From Octopus bimaculoides (Eukaryota), in the NCBI RefSeq assembly GCF_001194135.2, contig NC_068998.1, forward strand, positions 50,486,451 through 50,527,304: a stretch of DNA of 40,854 bases, in the 5' to 3' direction. The notes beneath the pieces were generated by a model. It made no database searches, was not told where the DNA came from, and saw only the letters and a list, made by a program, of their open reading frames with translations. Positions 10,715 to 23,243 of the stretch are shown here, in pieces. Position 1 is the stretch's first letter, and every line of letters begins with the position of its first letter. The position numbers were made by a program, and so were the translations under genes.

Positions 10715-11717
10715 TGTGTTTGTGGATACGTACGTATGTGTTGATGTATATATAACTGATTCTATAAACGAAGAAGTTGGAAATGTTCTCTAACTTGCTA
10801 AGAATAGCAACCATATCATCTATATTTCTCCATTTAACATCTTAAATAATTCGCAAAATATCATATACTCTACTTCTACATAACGATGGCTACGAGATGA
10901 TATACGGTTAACATAAATCTGGTGAATGAAACGACAACGGCAATCAGAACAAAAACAGAAATTTTACATACAATAAATCACAGGATGGTCTTAGGAATAA
11001 TGTCTTTTATATCGAAGATCTGCTCAGACATTGATTGACCTGTATCGCTAAACAACGCAAACAGGAATAATAAAAACGAAACAAGAGGAAAAGGCCATGG
11101 GAGAAATAACCGACGGCGACTCAAGCCATCGATCATGTCTGACTTCTTCGCTCAACAACTACGACAGCAACAAAAACAACGAGTAGAAAAAAAAAGAAGA
11201 AACTGGAACAACAACAAAAAAATGGCCACGGGAGGGACAAGAGAAGCAATAGAGAAAATAATTGGTTATGCTGTACAACTTTCTTCGGTTTAATAAAATA
11301 CTTCTGAGTTTGGTTCTAAGGAAGTTATTTTCTGTTTTATTTATCGAGTATCTAACAATTAATTAACCAATTCCAAAATTCCTACGAGACTTGTTTAACA
11401 TAGCAGAACAGAGGAAGTGTAAATATGTCATTATTGGTTTTGGTGTTCGACTTGAGTAAATAAAGATGAATATCAACCGGAAGTTTATTGCTAATAAAAC
11501 GAATCAATTGAAAGTAATTAGCCAAAAAATATTGCCTAATATATAATTAACTTGTTACAATATGTTCTTTTGTGGTTTTTATAGACTTAGATTTTCGGTT
11601 GTTGCCGTTGTATTCCTGAGACTAATTCTAACTTGCTTCCTATAAGGGTAGAGGTGAGTCATAGATTACAACGCATCCTATGTACACAAATACATGGCAC
11701 CCACACACACATGTGTA

Positions 11718-11763
<46 letters not shown>

Positions 11764-12072
11764 NNNNNNNNNNNNNNNNNNNNNNNNNNNNNNNNNNNNN
11801 NNNNNNNNNNNNNNNNNNNNNNNNNNNNNNNNNNNNNNNNNNNNNNNNNNNNNNNNNNNNNNNNNNNNNNNNNNNNNNNNNNNNNNNNNNNNNNNNNNNN
11901 NNNNNNNNNNNNNNNNNNNNNNNNNNNNNNNNNNNNNNNNNNNNNNNNNNNNNNNNNNNNNNNNNNNNNNNNNNNNNNNNNNNNNNNNNNNNNNNNNNNN
12001 NNNNNNNNNNNNNNNNNTATATATATATATATATTACGGTAAATGTATGTATATTTATGTAATTATAAGATA

Positions 12073-12215
12073 GCCGATTGGCAAGCCGTTCGTACATCAG
12101 GCAGAAAACGTTCCGATATGTGTTTTTATTTTCTGCGTTCTGAGTTCAAATTTCACCGAAAACGACTTTGATTCTGATTTTTCAAAATCGTAAATTAAAG
12201 AACCGTATTGGTGCA
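12073..12215 (+). mobile_element. SINE family A diverged fragment
   Basis: CGTTCTGAGTTCAAATTTCACCGAAAACGACTTTG core block. Confidence 0.6.
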
Positions 12216-12323
12216 GCATTCTCATCTCCCAGACGTCCCACCAGCAGGAATGTTTTCGTCCGTGAAGGATCTAGAACAGGTCGAATGTGTCAATCTGTTC
12301 ACGATTCTTTCGGCGCATAGAGT

Positions 12324-12389
12324 AAATTTATAAATGAATTATACAAGGTATACATAAAATTTATAAATGAATTATACAAGGTATACATA
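12324..12389. repeat. Perfect 2 x 33-bp tandem duplication
   Basis: AAATTTATAAATGAATTATACAAGGTATACATA at 12324-12356 and again at 12357-12389. Confidence 0.95.
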
Positions 12390-12435
12390 TATTCCTGGGT
12401 GTATTTGTATGTGTGCGTTGAAGGCTATGATTTAA

Positions 12436-12540
12436 TGGCTATAGTGCTTTATTCGTGATTATAAGATCGTGGTTTCGATTCTCAATCCGGCAGTGCATTG
12501 TGCTATTGAACAAAACACTTCATTTCACGTTGCTTCAGTC
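12436..12540 (+). mobile_element. SINE family C 5' fragment
   Basis: TTTCGATTCTC B-box-like motif, then TTGTGCTATTGAACAAAACACTTCATTTCACGTTGCTTCAGT, parallel to about 5655-5695. Confidence 0.55.
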
Positions 12541-14682
12541 CTCTCTGTCAATTGAAAAGGGTTTACTTTGCAACGGAGGGGGCATTCTTTGTAGTAGGAA
12601 TCTTGGTTTGCTCTCCAGTCCAACGTGGAGACTAGTATCTTTCCAAAACGACTACAATGCCCACACAGAGAAGAATCGTAAGGTTATAAAACAAGAAGTA
12701 GACAACCTAACAAAGAAAGCCTGGAAGCTGACAAGCGTATCTATGAAATCATGTATTATTCTATATAGAAAGAAACCAAACCATGTGACTTTCTTTTGCA
12801 GACCCTAAATTGATTATAGAGATATGTGCAGTAGTAGTTATTTGGGAAATCATGTAAAATCTGAAAACGATCTCTCTTTTTAGACTAATTTACTTTCAGA
12901 ATTTTGTGCATCGATGCCTTTCGGAGATTGAATAAAGAGAGAGAATGAAAAACAGGTCTTTAATATTTTTCCTCCAAGCCATTCCATGTCTATAACATAG
13001 CATATAATCACATTAAGTATAAAACAGACGTCCAGTCCCTTGATTGCTTCAGTTATTGCACTTTCACGTAAACGGCATAAAATTCGAAATTTTCTTATCG
13101 AGGCATCGAAATATCTTCTTACGCCCTTTAACATTAAGCCCCAGAAATGCTCAAATATTTAACTTTCTTTAATCCTATTTGGAGCTGAATTAATAAATGT
13201 CACAATTTATTTTCCTTGTAATAACTATATTATTTCATTTGTACGTGAGAGTTCTGCGAAATTCGTGCATGCTATATCTACGGTAAAAAAAAATTGTATA
13301 TGCACCGTTTTTATAGATAATATAACAGGCCATAATGTGACTTCAATATATGTTTTAGTTCTTTTGACACGAACATTGTAATTTATAGTCAACCGAGGTC
13401 TTTGACCTTCATTTACGTCAAACGGATAAGTAAAGAGATATGTCAATGGGTTTGCAAAAACAGTAATTTTCATTTTACTTATACAATATTAAATCATCTT
13501 TGTGTTTATGATCTACTTAAAATTGACAAGAATATCACAAATTATATTTCATTGTTTTGAAAGCTGGAAGATTGTGTTTGCTTATATATGCAGAGACATA
13601 CAATAAATAAATAGTGAACGAGAAGGTCACGCGCTGGAAATCGTTCCCTCGTGGACATGTTTGGGTAGGGACGCTCTGGAGGGGAAATATCACTGGAGGA
13701 AATTAACTCATTTACGATGTGCCAACTTAAAGCTTTAGCAAATCAAATCGAACTAGATACTTCCTAGGATCATAACGCTTCTACCTTTTTTTTTTTCGTT
13801 TTTTTAGTGAAGCACTTGGCTGCCGGGATATAAAAGACAAAAATCTAAATCCAAATAATATATGCATGTATACGTTTCTCTCTCTCACCCTCTCTCTGTC
13901 TCTCTCCCATTATATATANNNNNNNNNNNNNNNNNNNNNNNNNNNNNNNNNNNNNNNNNNNNNNNNNNNNNNNNNNNNNNNNNNNNNNNNNNNNNNNNNN
14001 NNNNNNNNNNNNNNNNNNNNNNNNNNNNNNNNNNNNNNNNNNNNNNNNNNNNNNNNNNNNNNNNNNNNNNNNNNNNNNNNNNNNNNNNNNNNNNNNNNNN
14101 NNNNNNNNNNNNNNNNNNNNNNNNNNNNNNNNNNNNNNNNNNNNNNNNNNNNNNNNNNNNNNNNNNNNNNNNNNNNNNNNNNNNNNNNNNNNNNNNNNNN
14201 NNNNNNNNNNNNNNNNNNNNNNNNNNNNNNNNNNNNNNNNNNNNNNNNNNNNNNNNNNNNNNNNNNNNNNNNNNNNNNNNNNNNNNNNNNNNNNNNNNNN
14301 NNNNNNNNNNNNNNNNNNNNNNNNNNNNNNNNNNNNNNNNNNNNNNNNNNNNNNNNNNNNNNNNNNNNNNNNNNNNNNNNNNNNNNNNNNNNNNNNNNNN
14401 NNNNNNNNNNNNNNNNNNNNNNNNNNNNNNNNNNNNNNNNNNNNNNNNNNNNNNNNNNNNNNNNNNNNNNNNNNNNNNNNNNNNNNNNNNNNNNNNNNNN
14501 NNNNNNNNNNNNNNNNNNNNNNNNNNNNNNNNNNNNNNNNNNNNNNNNNNNNNNNNNNNNNNNNNNNNNNNNNNNNNNNNNNNNNNNNNNNNNNNNNNNN
14601 NNNNNNNNNNNNNNNNNNNNNNNNNNNNNNNNNNNNNNNNNNNNNNNNNATATACATGTTTGTGTGTGTGTTATAAAATCAA

Positions 14683-14760
14683 TAATCGACCCTGGAATAT
14701 AACGACGACACTTGCCCAAAACATCGCAGAGAGTGCCTGAACAGAAAGCCATAACATTCA
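14683..14760 (-). mobile_element. SINE family B, highly diverged fragment
   Basis: CGACCCTGGAATATAA..GACACTTGCCCAA..CGCAG..GCCTGAAC..AAGCCAT resembles the reverse complement of the family B head. Confidence 0.45.
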
Positions 14761-15695
14761 TTTAAGAACTTCTGAACTACACCATCATACTTTTGTTACT
14801 TTATTTCACTCAAAAGTTCTTCGATTTTCCTTTTGTTTCCAAAACAGAAAAGCAATTTCTTTTTTATTTGTCTGTTAATAAAACGATAAAACGTTTAAAA
14901 GCCTTTCATTCCGTACAATTAATTTCTTTTTTTATGTGAACGCTAACTGATCTCAAATAAGACTTTTTTTACTGCAACAAATATCTCGATCGTTACTTTT
15001 TTATATTTATTCTTTCTTGTTTTATTATTTCGTGAGCTATTTCTGATCGAGAAACTCTGCCGTATAATTGAACATATCAGTTATCATGATACTCAAGTTG
15101 CAATAGCGTTCAGCTATTACAGAACTTATATTTCAGTACTTACATAATATTTTTATGTGGATTCTTAAAAACTTATGAGTGTAAGATTTCAACTGATATA
15201 ATTTCTCTTGGCTTTATTTAATTGTTTTGGCATTAAGTGTTAACTCTCTAGTTTATATAATTATTTTCATCCCTTAGTTATGGGAGAAAATCTTGTCAAT
15301 GAAATTCTAAAGATCGTCTGAGAATAGAGTTGCGATGGTCGTTGACAACCACTCCGTATGTATTAAACATATACAGGACGTAAGTATTTAGGGACAGATT
15401 TATGTTTTTAAAAAAACAGATACATAATAACAGATAACAAATTTATTCATCAAAAAATGATATTCGGATTAAAATAAACCTTCTTTTCCATAATGTTATT
15501 GAATAAAGCTACCTTCAGCTTCAATAATTGCTTCTATATAAGATCTAAATCACCTACATGCTCGAAGCAAGTGGTCATGGTTCATTTTGGACATTACTCT
15601 GAATATGGCAGCTTTCAAAGAATCTTTGTCCGAAGTTTGAAAGTGTTTAGTTATAAAAAAATAATTTCTCGATCTGCCGTTCAAAGGGTAAAGAT

Positions 15696-15781
15696 CCGAA
15701 TTTGAACTCAGAACGTAGCAACGGGTGAAATATCGCTAAGCATTTCGTCCAGCGCGCTAAAGGTTCTGCTAGTTCGCCGCC
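15696..15781 (-). mobile_element. SINE family A, 5' half only, tandem to the copy at 15789-16010
   Basis: GAATTTGAACTCAGAACGTAGC...GCTAAGCATTTCGTCCAGCGCGCTAA...CTAGTTCGCCGCC is the reverse complement of the family A head. Confidence 0.8.
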
Positions 15782-15788
15782 TTCTTAA

Positions 15789-16010
15789 TGATTATAATCC
15801 TTTCTACTATAGGCACAAGGCCTGGATTATGTGGGGAGGGGGGACAGTCGATCACATCGACCTCAGTGCATAACTGGTACTTATTTAATCGACCCCGAAA
15901 GAATGAAAGATAATGTCAACCTCGGTGGAATTTGATCTCAGAACATAGCATCAGACGAAACACAGTTAAGCATTTTGCCTGATGTGCAAACGTTTTACCA
16001 ACTCGTCGCC
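15789..16010 (-). mobile_element. SINE family A, full-length copy
   Basis: Reverse complement of the family A head, core and tail (AGTCGATCACATCGACCTCAG..CTGGTACTTATTTAATCGACCCCGAAAG..TGAAAG..CCTCGGTGGAATTTGATCTCAGAAC). Confidence 0.85.
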
Positions 16011-16016
16011 TTCTTA

Positions 16017-16054
16017 ACAACAACAACAACAACAACAATAACAATAACAATAAC

Positions 16055-16100
<46 letters not shown>
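16017..16100. repeat. (AAC)n to (AAT)n microsatellite running into a gap
   Basis: Direct reading. Confidence 0.95.
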
Positions 16101-17657
16101 NNNNNNNNNNNNNNNNNNNNNNNNNNNNNNNNNNNNNNNNNNNNNNNNNNNNNNNNNNNNNNNNNNNNNNNNNNNNNNNNNNNNNNNNNNNNNNNNNNNN
16201 NNNNNNNNNNNNNNNNNNNNNNNNNNNNNNNNNNNNNNNNNNNNNNNNNNNNNNNNNNNNNNNNNNNNNNNNNNNNNNNNNNNNNNNNNNNNNNNNNNNN
16301 NNNNNNNNNNNNNNNNNNNNNNNNNNNNNNNNNNNNNNNNNNNNNNNNNNNNNNNNNNNNNNNNNNNNNNNNNNNNNNNNNNNNNNNNNNNNNNNNNNNN
16401 NNNNNNNNNNNNNNNNNNNNNNNNNNNNNNNNNNNNNNNNNNNNNNNNNNNNNNNNNNNNNNNNNNNNNNNNNNNNNNNNTATTTAATTTATTCCTGTTC
16501 ATATCATGTCCGCTGCATGGTTATAATTTGATAGGTAAAAAAAAAAAATGACTACCATGGGAACATTTCTTTATGGTCGGTCCCATTTACTGATTGAACG
16601 AAAGTGATTTTCAAAAGTGTTATTAACATAAAAATGATTTTTTTTTTTTTAAATGAGAGGAACAACTTTTGCTTTTTGAGATGAAATGAAGCAGTTTCTG
16701 GTTTCCAATGCAGTAGTGACTATGAAAACTCTTCCTACAGTGGAATATATTAAAGTAGTTGAATTAAATAAATAAATACAAAGATTACATTAAATAAAAT
16801 GTAAAAAAAAAAAAAAAATTGCGTGTAACGTCTAGCAAGTGAAAGTGTAGTCTTTTGATATGATTACTACTTCAAATGTTGATTGATTAACTTCAAATAT
16901 GCAGTGAATATATTTTAATTTAATAAGATTTATGCGGCAGAATGATGGAAAAATTTCGCTAGTTTCAATACTGAATCAATTGATCAAGATTTTGAGATTC
17001 ACTTTCAATCATCTCGGCTCTGCTTTTAAATTACTTTCAAGATTGTGTTACAAGAATTCGATTCCAGAATACAAATTCTTTAAAGTTTTGTGTATAAGGT
17101 ATGAGTGTTAAATCATTGTTCCTATAGCATCACGTAAGATATTACGTCACCGAAAATAACGAAGGAAAATTCAAATGACACCAGGTATTCTTGAAATCAT
17201 AACATATCCGTTTGAAAGAGACGAATAATGTAGTCTGAAATACGCAACGTACAGAAGGCGGGATGTTCACGGGAGGAACATATCAGATCAAAATATCTGC
17301 GAAAATGTTTGCCCTCATTTCTCACCAGAATAAGGAAAAGCTTTCATACAAGCGCGTACTTATGTTTCCGTTTATCGACGTATTTTATGCTGTATTTCCT
17401 CTCGTATAACGCCACTGCTTTTAGCACGCCCGTCCCTATATATCTAATATATGTTATCTTTTCGATAGGAAGAAAGATGGTGTCCATGAATTGTTACATA
17501 GCATCCGAGATTGGACGATGAGAGGGACTATGATATTCTGAAACTGGGAATGTGGCTCGAATGGATACCATAGAATGAATTCCAGTAGACGCACCGAGGT
17601 GTCAGTTAGTTGGATTTAAATTAGACGACAAATTAATGAAGCGCACATATATACTAT

Positions 17658-17735
17658 GGTGGAATTTGAACTCAGAATACAAACAGCCGGAGCAAGTAAC
17701 TATGGGATTCTGTTCTAACATGCTTACACTTCTAC
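17658..17735 (-). mobile_element. SINE family A short diverged fragment
   Basis: GGTGGAATTTGAACTCAGAA is the reverse complement of the family A core block. Confidence 0.5.
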
Positions 17736-17979
17736 TTATCAACAAACTGATTTTTTACTTTCTTACCGATTCTGTTAGGAAGACTGGTAAAATTGATTCA
17801 GCGACGTTCCAATACAGCGAAGAAATTGAAATGAAACAGTAGAAATCAGTTCGTTCGACGCTCTAGGAACCTACCAATTCTCTATTAGATCTTTTTCACT
17901 CTCCAACAACATCATTTCCTACATTTTTACTCATTCACTGTGTTACTCTATTTCCATTTATTATTAGAAATTTGTTTCA

Positions 17980-18105
17980 GGCGGCGAGCTAGCAAAGCCT
18001 TTACTGCGCCGAATAATATGCGCAGCGGCATTATTTCTGGTTTTACGTTCTGCGTTCAAATTCCGCTGAGGTCAACTTTGCTTTTCATATTCAGTGTCGA
18101 TGAAT
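17980..18105 (+). mobile_element. SINE family A 5' portion
   Basis: GGCGGCGAGCTAGC...TTACGTTCTGCGTTCAAATTCCGCTGAGGTCAACTTTGCTTTTCAT. Confidence 0.75.
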
Positions 18106-18811
18106 ACATGACATTTGAGAATTGGCGTCGATGGAACAGACAAATAAGCTCTACCAAAAATGCTGATTGTGTACTAAGATTTGAACCATTATTACAAGCT
18201 TACCTTTGTTCCTCTTTCTCTCCCTATCCCCACCTCTCTTTCTCCACACACACATACAGTGTCTCTTTTCATGATGTCAGCAGACCCTTCATTTGACTGA
18301 ATTTTACTCTCTACATCACAGCATCGTGTTTTCATGTTTCTCCTTCTCTCACTCTAATACTCTCTCTCTTTCTTTTTCTATTTTTTACTTACCTTTCTCT
18401 CTTCGTGTATTAAAGTCATTTTCTGGTTGATGAGAAAATATAGTTTTTGGTATATATAAATTATGATCACTCGCATCGACGTCAGCTCGGTATAGTATAT
18501 TCAGTATATCAAAACAAATATAAAATTCACAGCAGAAAGACAAAAAAAAACAACAAAACAATACAAAAACAAAAACGTAAATGTAAATAAAACTGTACAT
18601 AAAATATATCAAAAGACGCTACGAAAAATCAAATTGAATTATGATAAATATCTGTGTGTGGAGGGATTAGATAAGTGTCATGCCGGAAAATCTCTACAGT
18701 TGAATCACACTCAGAACTTTTTTGCCGATAAAAAAAAATAATAATAAACATATTCACACATTGAGTTCCATTTCTACTGTTTATTTTATCGTGTGTATAT
18801 ATATATATATG

Positions 18812-18867
<56 letters not shown>

Positions 18868-19639
18868 NNNNNNNNNNGTGTGCGTGTGCGTGTGTGTGTG
18901 TGTGTGTGCGTGTGTATGTATGTATGTATGTATGTATGTATGTATGTATGTCTATATAAATATATATATGTTCTGACAGGCGGAAAGACGGAGGAGAGGT
19001 TTCAGTAAATTTTATGCATTTTCTAGTTACTTAGTTGCAATAGTTTGTAATACTTTCTGCCAGTATCAAAGAAAAACTACGTTCAATATTCAAAACTATT
19101 CGAGTCTGATATTTCCCCGATATGATATGCATAAATCCCTTTTAGTAAAATACACAAACATAAGATCAGTACAGTAATATTATGCTAATATCTATTAAGC
19201 ATTAACTTCACTGTCATAGACATAGACATACACACACGTCTGATAGACACATACGTAAATAGACAGAATAATATACACACACACACACACGCAGAACCGC
19301 GTAAACTATACACGCACGAATTGCTTCACACATATACTTGTTAGAGCATAAAAACATTTTAAAAAAGCACACACATACCCAAGTACATATTAGCTTTATA
19401 CACTCACACACGTGCTTGCGCACACATATATTTCGGATCACTAATGTGTCGAACAAATGTCCTTCCAAATACACACCGTTCATTAGCTTCATACATGCAC
19501 ATGTCCTTGCACACAGACATGTATGTGCCAGGACACTAACGTGTCCTTGGCCACCTAGGCTTCCAACCAGCTTCATCATCTTTCTGTCACTTCAGTATGT
19601 CTTGACAGTTTCTTTCCGATACATTCAATTTTTTTCCCA

Positions 19640-19800
19640 TCCGTTTTCTCTTCTCATCTATACTATCTCTAGAAGGCCGTATGCTCGAAACGCTAAAGAA
19701 ATCTTCAATTTTTTTTTTCTGAGCGTCAACATAAGTCACCTTGTTTGTTCTTCTTTCTACTCGTCTTCGTGCTGTTGTTTTAATTCTGGACTATATGTCT
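19640..19800 (+). mobile_element. Diverged family E copy with degenerate hammerhead
   Basis: GAAGGCCGTATGCTCGAAACGCTAAAGA...CTGAGCGTCAACATAA...TTGTTTGTT...CTCGTCTTCGTGCTGTTGTTT parallels the other copies. Core, stem II and ACGT are mutated. Confidence 0.5.
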
Positions 19801-20201
19801 ATACGTTTATATATCTATATATATGTGTAACTGCCCGAAATGGTCCTGACTTATAGTACTTGACTGATGAAAGAAAGCCAAGAATGACCCCGTCCTTCTA
19901 ACGTTCCCTATCCACATTTTACTTTCCATATATTATATATTATAGTTACTTACAACTGTAAAAATGGCTTATTAATGAACATTGCTGTTTATAAACTCCT
20001 CCCTGGTGAGATTGATACACTATTCTACATTGTTCTTCCCCTCGGATTAATTTTAAGGTATCAATCGAAACATATGTCAGTTATATGGTGATATAAATGA
20101 TTTAAACAGCATCTTGTGCATTTGTCTCCATTTTCCTTTTCTCTTAACACCCAAATAGATATTTATATATATATATATATATATACATTTATATATGTGT
20201 G

Positions 20202-20237
<36 letters not shown>

Positions 20238-21085
20238 NNNNNNNNNNNNNNNNNNNNNNNNNNNNNNNNNNNNNNNNNNNNNNNNNNNNNNNNNNNNNNN
20301 NNNNNNNNNNNNNNNNNNNNNNNNNNNNNNNNNNNNNNNNNNNNNNNNNNNNNNNNNNNNNNNNNNNNNNNNNNNNNNNNNNNNNNNNNNNNNNNNNNNN
20401 NNNNNNNNNNNNNNNNNNNNNNNNNNNNNNNNNATATATATCAATGGCTTTCCACGTAATTGATTTCCTTGCTAAGATCGTAAATGAGAAACTTCTTCCA
20501 AATTAAAAAGAGTCCAAATATGACGTTTTATCTCATTCCAACCACTCACACAACCGGTTTTTTAATGCTTTCTTTGCGCTAATATTTATATTTTACGATT
20601 TCAAATTACATTTCTTTCCTTAAAAAGAAGACTTGATAATTTCCAGAAGATGAAGAACACTCGAAATATTACTTCATTATAATCGTTTATTTTTTTTTCT
20701 TTCTTACTTCATTATTCATTGCATAACATTATTCGTTGCATTTCATCTATTTTTCAAATTTTCATAAAAATATTTGTTTTTAAGTTTATATTATTTTTCT
20801 TTGTGAAATTCCAATTCATTCTTCCCTTTCTTTCACTATTTTATTTTATTTACGTCATCATTTATTTTTATTATTATTATTCTTGTTGTTGTTGTTGTTG
20901 TTATCATTATTGATATCATTATTACTATTCTTGAAATTCATGTTTCTGTCACTTATCATGCATTGCTAATTTTCGGAAGTCTCCAAGTACGCTTAGGTTA
21001 GTTTGCACTGAAGATGCCGTGATCAAGTGCAACACATCCGTCCCTCTCACGATAAGTTCTCTCTCTCTTTTTCTCTCTCTCTCTG

Positions 21086-21154
<69 letters not shown>

Positions 21155-21240
21155 GTATACACACATATATTTGCGTGTATATGCACATACATATTTATAT
21201 ATGTGTCTATACGTATGCGTATACACACATACATTCACAC

Positions 21241-21296
21241 ACACACATATATAAATATATATGTGTGTACACACATATATAAATATATATGTGTGT
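21241..21296. repeat. 2 x 28-bp tandem near-palindrome
   Basis: ACACACATATATAAATATATATGTGTGT occurs twice, and each unit is an inverted repeat. Confidence 0.9.
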
Positions 21297-21427
21297 TTGT
21301 GTGTGTGTGTATGAGTGTACTTGTATTAATAAATTTATATTTCAATTCAGAATTTCTCGAATTTGCATTCTAAGATGCCTTTCTAAGAAAATGTCACCAC
21401 AACTTTCACTCACTCTTTCTGCCTGTT

Positions 21428-21600
21428 CCTCTTGTACCTGTATTTCAAAGTGCCAGCCTTGGCACACTCTGTCTTACGCTGAACCTCCCCGAGCACTACA
21501 TTAAGCAGATACGTCTGTGGAGTGCTCAGCCACTTGCACGTTAACTTCACGAGCGGATCAACTGGAACCCTCGTCGTCGTAACTGACGGAGTGCCACAAC
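21428..21600 (-). repeat. Interspersed repeat family D, longer copy (probable SINE or LINE-derived segment)
   Basis: GC-richer block sharing GTGGCACTCCGTCRGTTACGACGACGAGGGTTCCAGTTGATCCG with 131-174. The left boundary is estimated from composition. Confidence 0.7.
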
Positions 21601-22503
21601 GCCGTTGATAGACAAACGAGTGCAGAATTTCTCCCGAAAAGACGTCTCTTAAGGACATCCCATATTTTACTCACTGTTTCCTATATTGGACTCGTCCGTG
21701 GTTGGCGGAATGTACACGAAATAAAAAAAGACTCAAAACTCTTACTGCACGAGGCATTGTCTATAAATTCAGCTGATTCTTTTCTTCTCCCTCAATATTT
21801 ATTTTGTTTTTAACAACGCACGTCCGTGAGATAGTTTGCCTCAGAAAAGATATCAGAATAAATGGCTTATTAACTTTGCTTTCACACTGAGTATAATATA
21901 TAGATGGCTGTTTTAATTTAATTCTTCTTCCATTGCCTATGAACACACACGTACACACACATGCATGTGTATTTATATAAAGGTACTACGCACGTACGTA
22001 TGTATGTATATATGTACACACAGACGTTCAAACAGTCAACACCTAGGTATATTTTAAGCACCTACTTTCAATACTATATTCCCTCCTCAACATATTCGTA
22101 CATCTGTGTGGAGACCATAAATATGTCGACACAAGAAAACAAACATTAACATTTCTGTAAATGGTCCAACCTCCCGCCGCTGAGCCTTAAACATTGTAGA
22201 AAATATAAAACTTTATTTATAATTATAGTTCCGAAACGGTGAGGTATATTTTCGCATGTAACCTGTAGGAAATATTTCACGTTAATCTTTTTTTAGGTAA
22301 GTAACTTTTCATAATATACAATTGTAGAAATATATTTGTTATCTTGAAAGTGGTATCATGCCAGATATATAACATATAAGCCATCGTTTTTTTTTTCTCC
22401 TTCTTTTCTTTTCTTTTTTTTATGAACACAGAGAATATGAATATCTGAAAGTCAATGAAAGGAGAAAAATAATATATTTTATATGTGTGTGCTCACCTGC
22501 TTC

Positions 22504-22504
<1 letters not shown>

Positions 22505-22567
<63 letters not shown>

Positions 22568-22876
22568 TGCGTGTCTGTGTGTGTGTGTGTGTGTCTGTGT
22601 GTGTGTCTGTGTCTGTGTCTGTGTGTCTGTGTCTGTGTGTCTGTGAGTATGAGAAACTATCATTGAAAAAAATAAGCAACGATGGAAAATGGATCATTAT
22701 TGAAATAAACTAAACAGTAAACGTATCTATGCATTTTGACATTAAGAAAAAAACAATTTGGGATTTTCGTTAATACGATATCTGCTATATGAATAGAATA
22801 TCTCAGAAGCGATATGAGACAGAATATATATATATGTGTGTGTGTGTATATATATATGTGTATATATATTTGTATA

Positions 22877-22935
<59 letters not shown>

Positions 22936-22979
22936 ACACACATAGTATACTAATCCGTGAGGGTAAGTGTGTGTGTACG

Positions 22980-23017
<38 letters not shown>

Positions 23018-23020
23018 GTT
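22505..23020. repeat. Cluster of (GT)n, (GTCT)n and (TA)n microsatellites with short unique spacers
   Basis: Direct reading. Confidence 0.85.
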
Positions 23021-23077
23021 GTGAAGTTATGTACATATGTATGGACGTACGTATGATTATAGACATAAATATATACA

Positions 23078-23243
23078 CGTGGTCGTGGCAGTGTGGAAAG
23101 ATGTTTGCTTCCGATCCAGATGGTTCCGGGTTCAGTCCTACTGCGACGTACACTGGACAAATATTTTCTCAGACCGATCAAAGCTAGCAAAGCGTTGGGA
23201 GTGGATTTGGTAGATGGAAACTGAAAGAAACTCGTCGTATATG
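23078..23243 (+). mobile_element. tRNA-derived SINE (family B, CORE-like)
   Basis: GATGTTTGCTTCC...GGTTCCGGGTTCAGTCCTACTGCG head and GAGTGGATTTGGTAGATGGAAACTGAAAGAAACTCGTCGTATAT block, shared with 24869-25155, 31055-31143 and 37623-37846. Confidence 0.75.

Noticed and set aside
12455-12808. 117-aa ORF with a protein-like middle (DYNAHTEKNRKVIKQEVDNLTKKAWK)
   Set aside because: Its 5' part is a SINE family C fragment. I found no recognisable family and no convincing acceptor-donor pair.
17477-17580. Possible plus-strand exon (HPRLDDERDYDILKLG)
   Set aside because: Short, weak donor, stops nearby in all frames, and no recognisable homology.
19864-19885. CTGATGA canonical hammerhead core heptamer
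   Set aside because: No stem II, GAAAC or stem I partner follows.
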